From positions 313 to 64,312 of the forward strand of contig CAZASE010000011.1 of assembly GCA_964487715.1 (NCBI GenBank): a stretch of 64,000 bases of DNA, written 5' to 3'. A program made the position numbers and the translations under genes. This DNA comes from an uncultured Rhodocyclaceae bacterium. GTDB lineage: Bacteria; Pseudomonadota; Gammaproteobacteria; Burkholderiales; Rhodocyclaceae. Positions within the stretch are counted from its first letter, which is position 1, and each line of letters opens with the position of its first letter. Below are positions 1 to 9,221 of the stretch, in pieces. Below the pieces are notes generated by a model that was given only the letters and a program-made list of their open reading frames with translations, was not told the DNA's origin and did no database searches.

Positions 1-2
1 TT

Positions 3-302
3 GCCGGCGAACTGGTCGGCTATGCCGTCATGATGCTGGCGCTGGATGAGGCCCAGCTGCTCAACCTGACGGTGGCGCCGGCCTGGCAGCGGAATGGTTA
101 CGGCGGGGTCCTTGTGCATCAGCTGATGTCGGTGGCGCGTACGCACGGGGCGCGGCGCATGCTGCTTGAGGTGCGGCCGTCGAACCGCGCGGCACAGGCG
201 CTGTACGCGCACATCGGCTTCTGCCAGATCGGCCGCCGGCGTGGCTACTATCCCGCCCAGGACGGGCGGGAGGACGCAATCGTGATGGCCGTGGATCTGT
301 GA
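3..302 (+). CDS. rimI: Ribosomal protein S18 alanine N-acetyltransferase (5' end outside window)
   Basis: GNAT motifs LNLTVAPAWQRNGYG, LEVRPSN, LY..IGF, RRGYY..EDAIVM; frame open to the window start. Confidence 0.9.
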   Translation, partial: AGELVGYAVMMLALDEAQLLNLTVAPAWQRNGYGGVLVHQLMSVARTHGARRMLLEVRPSNRAAQALYAHIGFCQIGRRRGYYPAQDGREDAIVMAVDL

Positions 303-1033
303 TGCGGCGCGCGAGCCTGCTGCGCGAGATGGGTCTGGCGCCGCTCTGGCGGCTGCGCGCTGGGCCGCCAACGGCCGCAGAGGCCGCAGAGGCCGCGCCC
401 GGCGATGTCGGCCCGGCTGGCCAAGCGGTGGTCGTCACCGATGATCGCCTCCGGCGCATCGGCGGCATGGACTGGGAGGCCTTGAGGCAAGCGGTGGCAG
501 CCTGCCGCGATTGCCGCCTGTGCGAGCAGCGCAGGCAGGCGGTGCTGGGCGTCGGCGACATTCATGCCGACTGGTTTTTCGTCGGCGAGGGTCCGGGCGC
601 CGAGGAGGACGAGCGCGGCGAGCCCTTCGTCGGCCAGGCCGGTCGGCTGCTCGATGCCATGCTGGCGGCGATCGGCCTGCAGCGCGGGAAAAACGTCTAC
701 ATCGGCAACGTCGTGAAGTGCCGCCCGCCGGGCAATCGCACGCCCGAGGCGGAGGAAGCGTCTGCGTGCCATCCCTTCCTGCGGCGGCAGATCGAACTGG
801 TGCAGCCAAAGCTCATCGTTGCGCTGGGCAAGCCGGCGGCCGAAACCCTGCTCGATGCGGAGATCAAGGTAGGTGCCTCGCGCGGCCGGCTGTTCGACTA
901 TCGGGGTGTTCCGCTCATCGTCACCTATCATCCGGCCTACCTGCTGCGCAACCTGCCGGACAAAGCGAAATCCTGGGAAGACCTCTGTTTCGCGCGGCGC
1001 ACCATGGCGGGCCTCGGCAATGTCGTCGCCTAG
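299..1033 (+). CDS. Uracil-DNA glycosylase, family 4
   Basis: CxxC Fe-S ligands, GEGPG motif, GEPFVG, NVVKCRPPGNRTP, TYHPAYLLR. Confidence 0.92.
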   Translation: MMRRASLLREMGLAPLWRLRAGPPTAAEAAEAAPGDVGPAGQAVVVTDDRLRRIGGMDWEALRQAVAACRDCRLCEQRRQAVLGVGDIHADWFFVGEGPGAEEDERGEPFVGQAGRLLDAMLAAIGLQRGKNVYIGNVVKCRPPGNRTPEAEEASACHPFLRRQIELVQPKLIVALGKPAAETLLDAEIKVGASRGRLFDYRGVPLIVTYHPAYLLRNLPDKAKSWEDLCFARRTMAGLGNVVA

Positions 1034-1934
1034 CAAGGGGGCGGTGCGCGCCATCCTCTATGCCCTGGCGGCAAACTTCGGCATTGCCCTGGCGAAGTAC
1101 GGTGCGGCCTGGTGGACGCATTCCGGCTCGCTGCTGGCGGAGGCGATTCACTCGACCGCCGATTGCGCCAACCAGCTGCTGCTCCTGCTCGGGCTGAAAG
1201 AGGCAAAACGGCCGGAAAGCGCGGACCATCCGCTCGGGCATCATCGCGTGACGTATTTCTGGTCGATGATCGTCGCGCTGCTGCTGTTCTTCATGGGCGG
1301 CGCCTTTGCGGTCTACGAGGGAATCGAACGCCTGCACCATCCGCAACTGCTGGAGAACGGCCCGCTGGCGATGGCGGTGCTTGCCATCGCGGTGGTGCTG
1401 GAGGCTTTCTCGCTTGCCGGCGCGCTGCGGGAAATCCGCAAGGTGGCGGGCGGCAAGTCGTTCCTGCGCTGGTTTCGCGAAACTCGCGAGTCCGAACTGA
1501 TGGTCGTCGCCGGAGAAGATATTGCCGCCCTGGCCGGCTTGGCGCTGGCGTTCATGGCGGTGGCGGCAACGGTGGCAACCGGCAATCCGCTGTGGGATGC
1601 GCTTGGAACGGTGGCGGTTGGCCTGGTGCTGATGGTCATTGCCGTGATGGTCATGAGCGAGGTGAAGGGTCTGATCATCGGCGAATCCGCGGCACCGGAG
1701 TTGCGCGGCGATATCGAGCGCTTTATCGCCGCTCAGCCAGAGGTGGCGGAGGTCTTCAACATCATTACGCTGGCCTGGGGTGACAAGCTGGTGGTTGCGG
1801 TCAAAGCCCGCATGCGCGATGCCGAGTACATCAGCGGCGCACGCATGGTCGAAGAGATCAACGCCGTGGAGGCCCGCCTGCAGGCGAGATTTCCCGCCGC
1901 CAGATGGGTATTCTTCGAGCCGGATGTAAGATAG
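1020..1934 (+). CDS. Cation diffusion facilitator (CDF) family transporter
   Basis: AEAIHSTAD, HPLGH, multiple TM segments, C-terminal FFEPD; ATG 1020 chosen within ORF 873..1934. Confidence 0.88.
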   Translation: MSSPSKGAVRAILYALAANFGIALAKYGAAWWTHSGSLLAEAIHSTADCANQLLLLLGLKEAKRPESADHPLGHHRVTYFWSMIVALLLFFMGGAFAVYEGIERLHHPQLLENGPLAMAVLAIAVVLEAFSLAGALREIRKVAGGKSFLRWFRETRESELMVVAGEDIAALAGLALAFMAVAATVATGNPLWDALGTVAVGLVLMVIAVMVMSEVKGLIIGESAAPELRGDIERFIAAQPEVAEVFNIITLAWGDKLVVAVKARMRDAEYISGARMVEEINAVEARLQARFPAARWVFFEPDVR

Positions 1935-1999
1935 CCTTGAAGTACGCGGAACAGCCCTGATATACCGTTCCGCATCGACCCGACTACAGGAAGGAGACC

Positions 2000-2665
2000 G
2001 TGATGCGCTTCAGACTTCTCGCCGTGCTGGCCCTTTTTGCCAGCTTGCTGTCCGGCTGCGGTTACAACGAAATCCAGGTGAACGACGAAAAGGTGAATGG
2101 CGCCTGGTCGGAAGTGCTCAACCAGTACAAGCGCCGTGCCGATCTGGTGCCGAACCTGGTGCAGATCGTGCAGGGATATGCCAGCCACGAGAAGGATGTG
2201 CTGACGGGCGTGACCGAGGCGCGCTCCCAGGTCGGCGCCATCAAGGCGACGCCGGAACTGATCAACGATCCCGCGGCTTTCGCCAAGTTCCAGGCCGCGC
2301 AGTCGCAGCTCTCCGGTGCGCTATCGCGCCTGCTGCTGGTGGCCGAGAATTACCCCAACCTGAAGGCGGACGCCGGCTTCCGCGACCTGCAGGCTCAGGT
2401 GGAAGGAACTGAAAACCGCATTGCCGTCGCACGCAACCGCTACATCAAGGCGGTGCAGGAGTACAACACCGGCGTGCGCGTCTTCCCCAACAACCTGACG
2501 GCAATGCTGTTCGGTTACAAGACCAAGGCCAATTTCACGGTTGAGGACGAAAAGGCCGTCTCGACGCCGCCGAGCATCAAGTTCGATGGCGGTGCCAAGC
2601 CGGCGATGCCGGCCGCCGCCGAGGCGCCCAAGGCGCCGACGGATCCGATCAAACAGGGCCGTTGA
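2000..2665 (+). CDS. LemA family lipoprotein
   Basis: LSGCGYN, QYKRRADLVPNLV, ENYPNLKA, EGTENRIAVAR; SD AGGAG upstream. Confidence 0.93.
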   Translation: MMRFRLLAVLALFASLLSGCGYNEIQVNDEKVNGAWSEVLNQYKRRADLVPNLVQIVQGYASHEKDVLTGVTEARSQVGAIKATPELINDPAAFAKFQAAQSQLSGALSRLLLVAENYPNLKADAGFRDLQAQVEGTENRIAVARNRYIKAVQEYNTGVRVFPNNLTAMLFGYKTKANFTVEDEKAVSTPPSIKFDGGAKPAMPAAAEAPKAPTDPIKQGR

Positions 2666-2671
2666 GAAGAC

Positions 2672-3547
2672 ATGCGGTCCGCCATCCGGCTGATCGCGGC
2701 GCTCTGCCTGTTCCTGTCGTCCGCCGTCGGCCTGGCGGCGGACGATCTCGTTGCAATCCCGCCTCTGGCGGCCCGCGTGACCGACCTGACAGGTACCCTG
2801 GGCCGCGAGCAGGTTGCGGCGCTGGAGGTCGATCTCGCCCAGTTCGAGAACAGCCGCGGCAGCCAGATTGCCGTCCTGCTGATTCCCACCACCCAGCCCG
2901 AACCGATCGAAGCCTATGCCATCCGTCTTGCCGAAGCCTGGAAGATCGGACGCAAGGGGATCGACGACGGAATCATTCTTCTTGTCGCCAAGAACGACCG
3001 CAAGCTGCGCATTGAGGTCGGACGCGGGCTGGAAGGGGCGGTTCCGGATGCCGTGGCAAAGCGCGTCGTCGCCGAGGTGATCGGCCCGCGCTTCAAGGCC
3101 GGCGATTTCTATGGCGGCATCAACGCGGGGGTGGCGCGGCTTGAGTCGATCATCGGCGGCGAGGCGTTGCCGCCGCCGCAAGGCGCGGCAAGCCGGCGGG
3201 ACGGCGGCGGGATGGATCTTGGCACGCTGTTTATCCTCGGCACCGTTGCCGCCGCCCTGATCGGCGGCGTTCTCAGCCGCGCCATGGGTCGCCTCGGCGG
3301 TTCGACCACCACCGGCGCGCTGGTCGGCGGGCTGTGCTGGCTGTTTACCGGTTCGTCGGTTGTCGCCCTGGTGGCGGCGCTGCTGGCATTCTTCTTCGCC
3401 ATTGCGATTGCTTCGCGCGGCGGCGGCTTGTCGTCCGGCGGCTGGAGCGGAGGCAGTGGCGGCTGGTCGGGCGGGGGTTCGTCGGGGGGCGGCTTCTCCG
3501 GGGGCGGCGGTGATTTCGGCGGCGGCGGCGCCTCGGGAGACTGGTGA
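2672..3547 (+). CDS. TPM domain protein (YgcG-like) with Gly-rich tail
   Basis: RVTDLTGTL, WKIGRKGIDDG, RIEVGRGLEG, FGGGGASGDW terminus; follows lemA. Confidence 0.9.
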   Translation: MRSAIRLIAALCLFLSSAVGLAADDLVAIPPLAARVTDLTGTLGREQVAALEVDLAQFENSRGSQIAVLLIPTTQPEPIEAYAIRLAEAWKIGRKGIDDGIILLVAKNDRKLRIEVGRGLEGAVPDAVAKRVVAEVIGPRFKAGDFYGGINAGVARLESIIGGEALPPPQGAASRRDGGGMDLGTLFILGTVAAALIGGVLSRAMGRLGGSTTTGALVGGLCWLFTGSSVVALVAALLAFFFAIAIASRGGGLSSGGWSGGSGGWSGGGSSGGGFSGGGGDFGGGGASGDW

Positions 3548-4044
3548 TGGAACTCAAGCGCCTGCTAAGGCATCTGCTGGTGCCGCACTGGATCGTCGGA
3601 ATGGCGTTTCCGGCGCCGGTGCTGGCCGCCATCGAGGAGGCCATCGCGGCTTCCGAAACGCGACACGATGCGGAACTGCGGTTCGCCGTCGAAGCCGGCT
3701 TGCCGCTGGCGGCGCTATGGCGCGGCCAAACGGCGCGGCAGCGCGCGGTGGACGTCTTCGCGCAACTGCGCGTGTGGGACACCGAGCACAACAGCGGGGT
3801 ACTGATCTATGTCCAGATGGCTGATCGAAAGGTCGAGCTGTTGGCGGACCGCGGAATCACGGCCCGCGTCCCGCAGTCGGAATGGGATGCGATCTGCCGG
3901 CGCATGGAGGACGATTTCCGCAAACGCGATTTCGAGCAGGGCGCGCGCTCGGCAATCGAAGCGGTCTCTCGCCACCTGGAGCGGCATTTCCCGCCGCTTG
4001 CGGCCAATCCGGACGAGCTGCCGAATCGGCCGGTGATTCTCTGA
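3544..4044 (+). CDS. TPM domain protein
   Basis: LRVWDTEHNSGVLIY, LADRGI, NPDELPNRP; third gene of the LemA/TPM/TPM cluster. Confidence 0.88.
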   Translation: MMELKRLLRHLLVPHWIVGMAFPAPVLAAIEEAIAASETRHDAELRFAVEAGLPLAALWRGQTARQRAVDVFAQLRVWDTEHNSGVLIYVQMADRKVELLADRGITARVPQSEWDAICRRMEDDFRKRDFEQGARSAIEAVSRHLERHFPPLAANPDELPNRPVIL

Positions 4045-5367
4045 TCAGCGCTGCACGTTGACGTTGCGCGCCGCTTCCAGGAGAGTGCGCAGCTCCTCGC
4101 CGTGCGCGCGCATGTTGCGCCGGTGCCAGAAGCCGACCAGCAGCATGGTGACGCAGACGAAGCTGCCGAACAGGATGATGACGGTGTAAACTGACAGGTT
4201 CAGGTAAACCAGCACGGCATAGATGCCGAGCATGGCGAGAATGCTGGCATTCTCGTTGAAGTTCTGCACGGCGATCGAATGTCCGGCACCCATCAATATG
4301 TGGCCGCGGTGCTGCAGCAGTGCGTTCATCGGCACGACGAAGAAGCCGGCCATGCCGCCGACGGCGATCATCATCACCAGGGCGACCGGCAGGCTGGTGA
4401 CAAAAATCATGCCCATGACAACGACGCCCATGGTGATGCCGACCGGCAGCACGCTCACCGACCTGTCGAGCGATACCGCCTTCGCCGCGATGAAGGCGCC
4501 GCCGGCGATGCCCAGGGCGACCACACCCTGCAGCACGGTTGCCTTGTCCAGCGGCAGGCCAAGCGCCGCGTCGGCCCATTTCAGGACGAGGAACTGCAAG
4601 GTGGCGCCGGCACCCCAAAACAGGGTGGTCACGGCGAGCGATATCTGGCCGAGCTTGTCGCGCCAGAGCAGCCGTACGCAATGCCCGAATTCGCGCAGCA
4701 GGTAGATCGGGTTGCGATGCAGCGGCTTGTGATCGACTCCGGTGTCGGGCACGTAAAGATTGAATCCCGCTGCAACCAGATAGAGTAGCGAAATCATCAG
4801 GATGGCGACTTCCGGACCGGTGTCGATGGAAGTCTCGATGCCAGGGATGTCGATCGACAGGAGCACGCCACTGACGGTCGGGTTGATGAGCAGGCCGCCG
4901 AGCACCGTGCCGAGGATGATGGCGCCGACCGTGAGTCCCTCGATCCAGCCATTGGCAACGATCAGCTTGTCGTGCGGCAGGTACTCGGTGAGGATGCCGT
5001 ACTTCGCCGGTGAATAGGCGGCTGCACCGAGGCCGACGATGGCGTAGGACGTCAGCGGATAGATATAGGTCGGCAAGCCGAGGAAATTGAGCATCGGCAC
5101 CGTCGACCCGAGCAGGGTGAAGCAGCCGAGGAGCTTGATGCCGTTGCTGTAGAGCATGACGCGGCCCTTGGCCATGGAATCGGCGAAGGCGCCAACGAAA
5201 GCCGCCAGCAGCACGTAGGAAACGGTGAAAAACAGTTTCAGCAGCGGTTCGTATTGCGCTGGCGAGTGGATGTCGCGGAGCAGGGCGATGGAGGCGATCA
5301 GCAGGGCGTTGTCGGCCAGCGCGGAAAAGAACTGCGCAGCCATGATGATATAGAAGCCGAGGTTCAT
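4045..5367 (-). CDS. lplT: Lysophospholipid transporter (MFS)
   Basis: AQFFSALADNALL, YSPAKYGILTE, VPMNALLQHRG, SIAVQNFNEN. Confidence 0.9.
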   Translation of the reverse strand: MNLGFYIIMAAQFFSALADNALLIASIALLRDIHSPAQYEPLLKLFFTVSYVLLAAFVGAFADSMAKGRVMLYSNGIKLLGCFTLLGSTVPMLNFLGLPTYIYPLTSYAIVGLGAAAYSPAKYGILTEYLPHDKLIVANGWIEGLTVGAIILGTVLGGLLINPTVSGVLLSIDIPGIETSIDTGPEVAILMISLLYLVAAGFNLYVPDTGVDHKPLHRNPIYLLREFGHCVRLLWRDKLGQISLAVTTLFWGAGATLQFLVLKWADAALGLPLDKATVLQGVVALGIAGGAFIAAKAVSLDRSVSVLPVGITMGVVVMGMIFVTSLPVALVMMIAVGGMAGFFVVPMNALLQHRGHILMGAGHSIAVQNFNENASILAMLGIYAVLVYLNLSVYTVIILFGSFVCVTMLLVGFWHRRNMRAHGEELRTLLEAARNVNVQR

Positions 5368-5658
5368 ATGAGCCGTGAGCGCCGTTGTCCGGAGGCGATC
5401 GCGCCGGCCGCGGCGCGGGTTGGTTTTTTCCGGCGGGGTCGCCGACGACCGGGGCTTTATACCATGCCCTGCGTGCCGTTGTCAGATGGCGGCGCCTTGA
5501 CTGCCGGCGCCGGCACGCGATGGCACCCGCCGGCCGTGGGGCCAGACTCAGTAGCGGCGCGGCCCGCAGCCCGGCGGCTATGTGGCCGGCATCAGGCTAC
5601 CTTATGCGACCGATTTGTGTTTGAATAGAGCCTATAAGCACCACCCACAGGGGGAGTT

Positions 5659-6570
5659 ATGGCGGATCGCAGACTTCAGGTTTTTCACGCCGTCGCGAAG
5701 CAATTGTCGTTTACGAAGGCGGCCGAGGTGCTGTTCATGACGCAGCCGGCCGTGACGTTTCAGATCAAGCAGCTTGAGGAGCATTTCAACACGCGGCTGT
5801 TCGACCGGGGGCACGGCAAGATATCCCTGACGCCGGCCGGAGAAATGGTGCTCGAGTATGCGGAACGGATTCTCGGCCTGTCGTCCGAGCTGGATGTGCG
5901 CCTCGGCGAGATGACCGGCCAGATCGGCGGGCCGCTGTTGATCGGCGCCAGCACGACGATCGCCGAATTCATGCTGCCGCGCATACTCGGCGAATTCAAG
6001 GCGAAGTACCCGAACGTCAAACCGCGACTGATCGTCGCCAACTCCGAATCGATCGAGACGCGCGTCGTGGAGCACACGCTCGATATCGGACTGATCGAGG
6101 CGCCCTCCCATCAAGGCAGCCTGCAATGCGAGGTGTGCTGCGAAGATGAGCTGGTCGCGATCTGTGCGCCGGGATCGCCGCTGGCGAAACTGAAAGAGGT
6201 GTCGCCGCAGCAGCTCGCCGAGCATCCTTTCGTCAGCCGCGAGCCGGGCTCCGGCACGCGGGAGGTGACGGATGGGTATTTTCGCGCCGCCGGCATTGCC
6301 ACCGACCGTCTGAATATCGCCATCGAACTCGGCAGCCCGGAAGCGATCAAGGGCGTGGTCGAGGCAAGCCTCGGATTCGCCATCGTCTCGAAGGCCTCGG
6401 TGGTGAAGGAAAAGCGGCTTGGCGATCTGATTGCCATTCCGCTCAAGCCGCGGCTCAACCGTACGCTGTCGATGGTTTATCCGAAGGAAAAATTCCGTTC
6501 GCGGCTGGTCAATACCTTCGTCGAATTCGCCAACGTCCGCCTCAGGCAGTTCGCGGCGAAACAGGGCTGA
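5659..6570 (+). CDS. LysR family transcriptional regulator (CysL-like substrate domain)
   Basis: SFTKAAEVLFMTQPAVTFQIKQLE HTH; REPGSGTR motif. Confidence 0.92.
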   Translation: MADRRLQVFHAVAKQLSFTKAAEVLFMTQPAVTFQIKQLEEHFNTRLFDRGHGKISLTPAGEMVLEYAERILGLSSELDVRLGEMTGQIGGPLLIGASTTIAEFMLPRILGEFKAKYPNVKPRLIVANSESIETRVVEHTLDIGLIEAPSHQGSLQCEVCCEDELVAICAPGSPLAKLKEVSPQQLAEHPFVSREPGSGTREVTDGYFRAAGIATDRLNIAIELGSPEAIKGVVEASLGFAIVSKASVVKEKRLGDLIAIPLKPRLNRTLSMVYPKEKFRSRLVNTFVEFANVRLRQFAAKQG

Positions 6571-6571
6571 C

Positions 6572-7648
6572 TTGAGCCGTCCGATCCGCGCCACGATAGA
6601 CCGTTCCGCCCTGCGCGGAAACCTGGCGGTCGCGCGCCGCAGTGCGGCCGGTGCCAGGCTGTGGTCGGTGATCAAGGCGAATGCCTACGGGCACGGCCTG
6701 ATGCGCGTGGCCGAGGCGCTCGACGATCTCACCGACGGCTTCGCCCTGCTCGACACCGCCGATGCGATCGCCTTGCGCGAGGCCGGCTTTCGCCAGCCGA
6801 TTCTGCTGCTTGAAGGCTTCTTCGCCGCCGACGAGTTGCCGCTGTATGCGGAGCACCGGCTGACGCCCGTGCTGCATACCCTGGAACAGGTCGACATCCT
6901 GACCCGTAGCGCGCTGCCGGCGCGATTGCCCGTGTACCTGAAGCTGAACACCGGCATGAATCGCCTGGGATTTCCGCCGGAGGCATTCCAGCCCGTCCTC
7001 ACCGCGCTGGAAACAACGCCCAACGTCTCCAGCGTCACCCTCATGACGCATTTCGCCGACGCCGACCTGGAGCGCGGCATCGGCTGGCAGATGGCGCATT
7101 TCGACGAGATCACGCAGGGCTGTGCGCAGCCCGTGAGCCTGGCCAACTCGGCCGCGCTGCTGCGCTTCGCCGAGGCGCGGCGTGGCTGGGCGCGCCCCGG
7201 CATCATGCTTTACGGCTCCTCGCCCTTTCCGCAGGACCAGAGTGCCGAACAACTCGGCCTGCGGCCGGTAATGACGCTTTCCAGCGAGCTGGTTTCGGTG
7301 CAGGAGATCGAGGCGGGCGGCCGCATCGGCTACGGCGGCAGCTTTACCGCCGAGCGGCCGATGCGCGTCGGCGTGGTTGCCTGCGGCTATGCCGACGGCT
7401 ACCCGCGGCACGCGCCGAGCGGCACGCCGGTCATCGTCGAGGGGCGGCGCACGCGTACCGTCGGGCGCGTCTCGATGGACATGATCACGGTCGATCTTGA
7501 AGGTGTCCCCGATGCCGGCGTTGGCACGCCGGTGGTGCTTTGGGGTGAGTCCTTGCCGGTCGACGAGGTCGCCGCCGCTGCCGGTACGGTCAGCTACGAG
7601 CTGCTATGTGCCCTGACGCGCCGCGTGCCGGTCGTCGAAATAGGCTAG
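6572..7648 (+). CDS. alr: Alanine racemase
   Basis: VIKANAYGHG PLP lysine, KLNTGMNRLG, GYADGYPR, GRVSMDM; TTG start 6572 inferred. Confidence 0.93.
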   Translation: MSRPIRATIDRSALRGNLAVARRSAAGARLWSVIKANAYGHGLMRVAEALDDLTDGFALLDTADAIALREAGFRQPILLLEGFFAADELPLYAEHRLTPVLHTLEQVDILTRSALPARLPVYLKLNTGMNRLGFPPEAFQPVLTALETTPNVSSVTLMTHFADADLERGIGWQMAHFDEITQGCAQPVSLANSAALLRFAEARRGWARPGIMLYGSSPFPQDQSAEQLGLRPVMTLSSELVSVQEIEAGGRIGYGGSFTAERPMRVGVVACGYADGYPRHAPSGTPVIVEGRRTRTVGRVSMDMITVDLEGVPDAGVGTPVVLWGESLPVDEVAAAAGTVSYELLCALTRRVPVVEIG

Positions 7649-7746
7649 CCCGGCAGGCGGCCGGCACGCGGCACACCGGTGCGATGATCGTGCTCCAACC
7701 CGAGGCAGGCTCACGCGGCGATCCCGGCTGCCGGTAACATCCACGC

Positions 7747-9108
7747 ATGGCCAAGCAGAAAACCGTCTATTCCTGCACCGAGTGCGGAGGCAGCGCGAGC
7801 AAGTGGCAGGGGCAGTGCCCGCAATGCAATGCCTGGAATACCCTTGTCGAGGGGCTGGCGGAAGCCGTTTCGAGCAATCGCTTTGCCGCCCTGGCCGGCA
7901 GCGGCCGGCTGCAGCGCCTGGCCGAGATCAATCCGCGCGAAGACGCGCGCATCGCCACCGGCATCGAGGAGTTTGACCGTGTGCTCGGCGGCGGCCTGGT
8001 CGCCGGCGGTGTCGTGCTGATCGGCGGCGATCCGGGCATCGGCAAATCGACCCTGCTGCTGCAGGCGCTGGCCCAGCTCGCCGGCCGCCAGGCGGTCCTC
8101 TATGTCTCCGGCGAGGAATCCGGCGAGCAGGTTGCGCTGCGCGCTCGCCGGCTGCAACTCGAGGTCGGCGGCCTGCAACTGCTGGCGGAGATCCACCTTG
8201 AAAGAATCCTCGCCGCGCTGGCCGCGCACAAACCGCGCATCGCGGTGATGGATTCGATCCAGACACTGTATTCCGATGCCCTGCAGTCGGCGCCCGGCTC
8301 GGTGGCGCAGGTGCGCGAATGCGCCGCCCAGCTCACGCGCTACGCCAAGCAGGCCGGCGTCTGCATCGTTTTCGTCGGCCACGTTACGAAAGAGGGCGCG
8401 TTGGCCGGGCCGCGCGTGCTCGAGCACATGGTGGATACCGTGCTCTACTTCGAAGGCGACCCGAACTCCAGCTTTCGGCTGGTTCGCGCCGTCAAGAACC
8501 GCTTCGGCGCGGTGAACGAGCTGGGCGTCTTCGCCATGACCGACAAGGGGCTGCGTGGCGTTTCGAATCCCTCCGCGTTGTTTCTTTCGCACCACGAGAA
8601 CCAGGTGGCCGGCTCCTGCGTGCTGGTGACGCAGGAAGGCACACGGCCACTGCTGGTGGAAATCCAGGCGCTGGTTGACGAAGCGCACTCGCCCAGCCCG
8701 CGCCGCCTTTCCGTCGGCCTCGAACAGAACCGCCTGGCCATGCTGCTGGCGGTGCTGCACCGTCACGCCGGCATCGCCTGCTTCGACCAGGATGTCTTCG
8801 TGAACGCCGTTGGCGGCGTCAAGATCGGCGAACCGGCGGCCGACCTGGCGGTGATGCTGGCCATCGTCTCCAGCCTGCGCAACCGGCCCTTGCCGGCCAA
8901 GCTGATCGCTTTCGGCGAGGTCGGCCTGGCCGGCGAGATCCGCCCCGCGCCGCGCGGCCAGGAACGGCTCAAGGAAGCCGCCAAGCTCGGCTTCACGCAC
9001 GCGCTCATCCCGAAGGCCAACGCGCCGAAGCAAGCCATCCGGGGCATCGAGGTCGTGGCGCTGGAGCGCGTGGAGCAGGCGGTGGACAAGCTGAGGGAGC
9101 TGTCGTGA
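7747..9108 (+). CDS. radA: DNA repair protein RadA/Sms
   Basis: C4 zinc finger, GGDPGIGKST Walker A, KNRFG motif, Lon-like C-terminus. Confidence 0.97.
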   Translation: MAKQKTVYSCTECGGSASKWQGQCPQCNAWNTLVEGLAEAVSSNRFAALAGSGRLQRLAEINPREDARIATGIEEFDRVLGGGLVAGGVVLIGGDPGIGKSTLLLQALAQLAGRQAVLYVSGEESGEQVALRARRLQLEVGGLQLLAEIHLERILAALAAHKPRIAVMDSIQTLYSDALQSAPGSVAQVRECAAQLTRYAKQAGVCIVFVGHVTKEGALAGPRVLEHMVDTVLYFEGDPNSSFRLVRAVKNRFGAVNELGVFAMTDKGLRGVSNPSALFLSHHENQVAGSCVLVTQEGTRPLLVEIQALVDEAHSPSPRRLSVGLEQNRLAMLLAVLHRHAGIACFDQDVFVNAVGGVKIGEPAADLAVMLAIVSSLRNRPLPAKLIAFGEVGLAGEIRPAPRGQERLKEAAKLGFTHALIPKANAPKQAIRGIEVVALERVEQAVDKLRELS

Positions 9109-9221
9109 TCTGCCCGCCGGCGCGTCCCGGGGACGATACAGCCGGACGACGACGGCGCCGCGCAGCGGCGAGCGCGGATTTCCTGCCGGCCTGCCACGGG
9201 GCGGGCGGAAAGGGGCGCTGA
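9105..9221 (+). other. 38-codon bridging mini-ORF between radA and ABC permease
   Basis: GTG 9105 overlaps the radA stop (GTGA); open frame to TGA 9219-9221 overlapping the permease ATG (TGATG); translation not demonstrated. Confidence 0.4.

Noticed and set aside
3421-3540. GGC-rich tandem-like repeats
   Set aside because: Gly/Ser-rich tail normal for TPM-domain proteins
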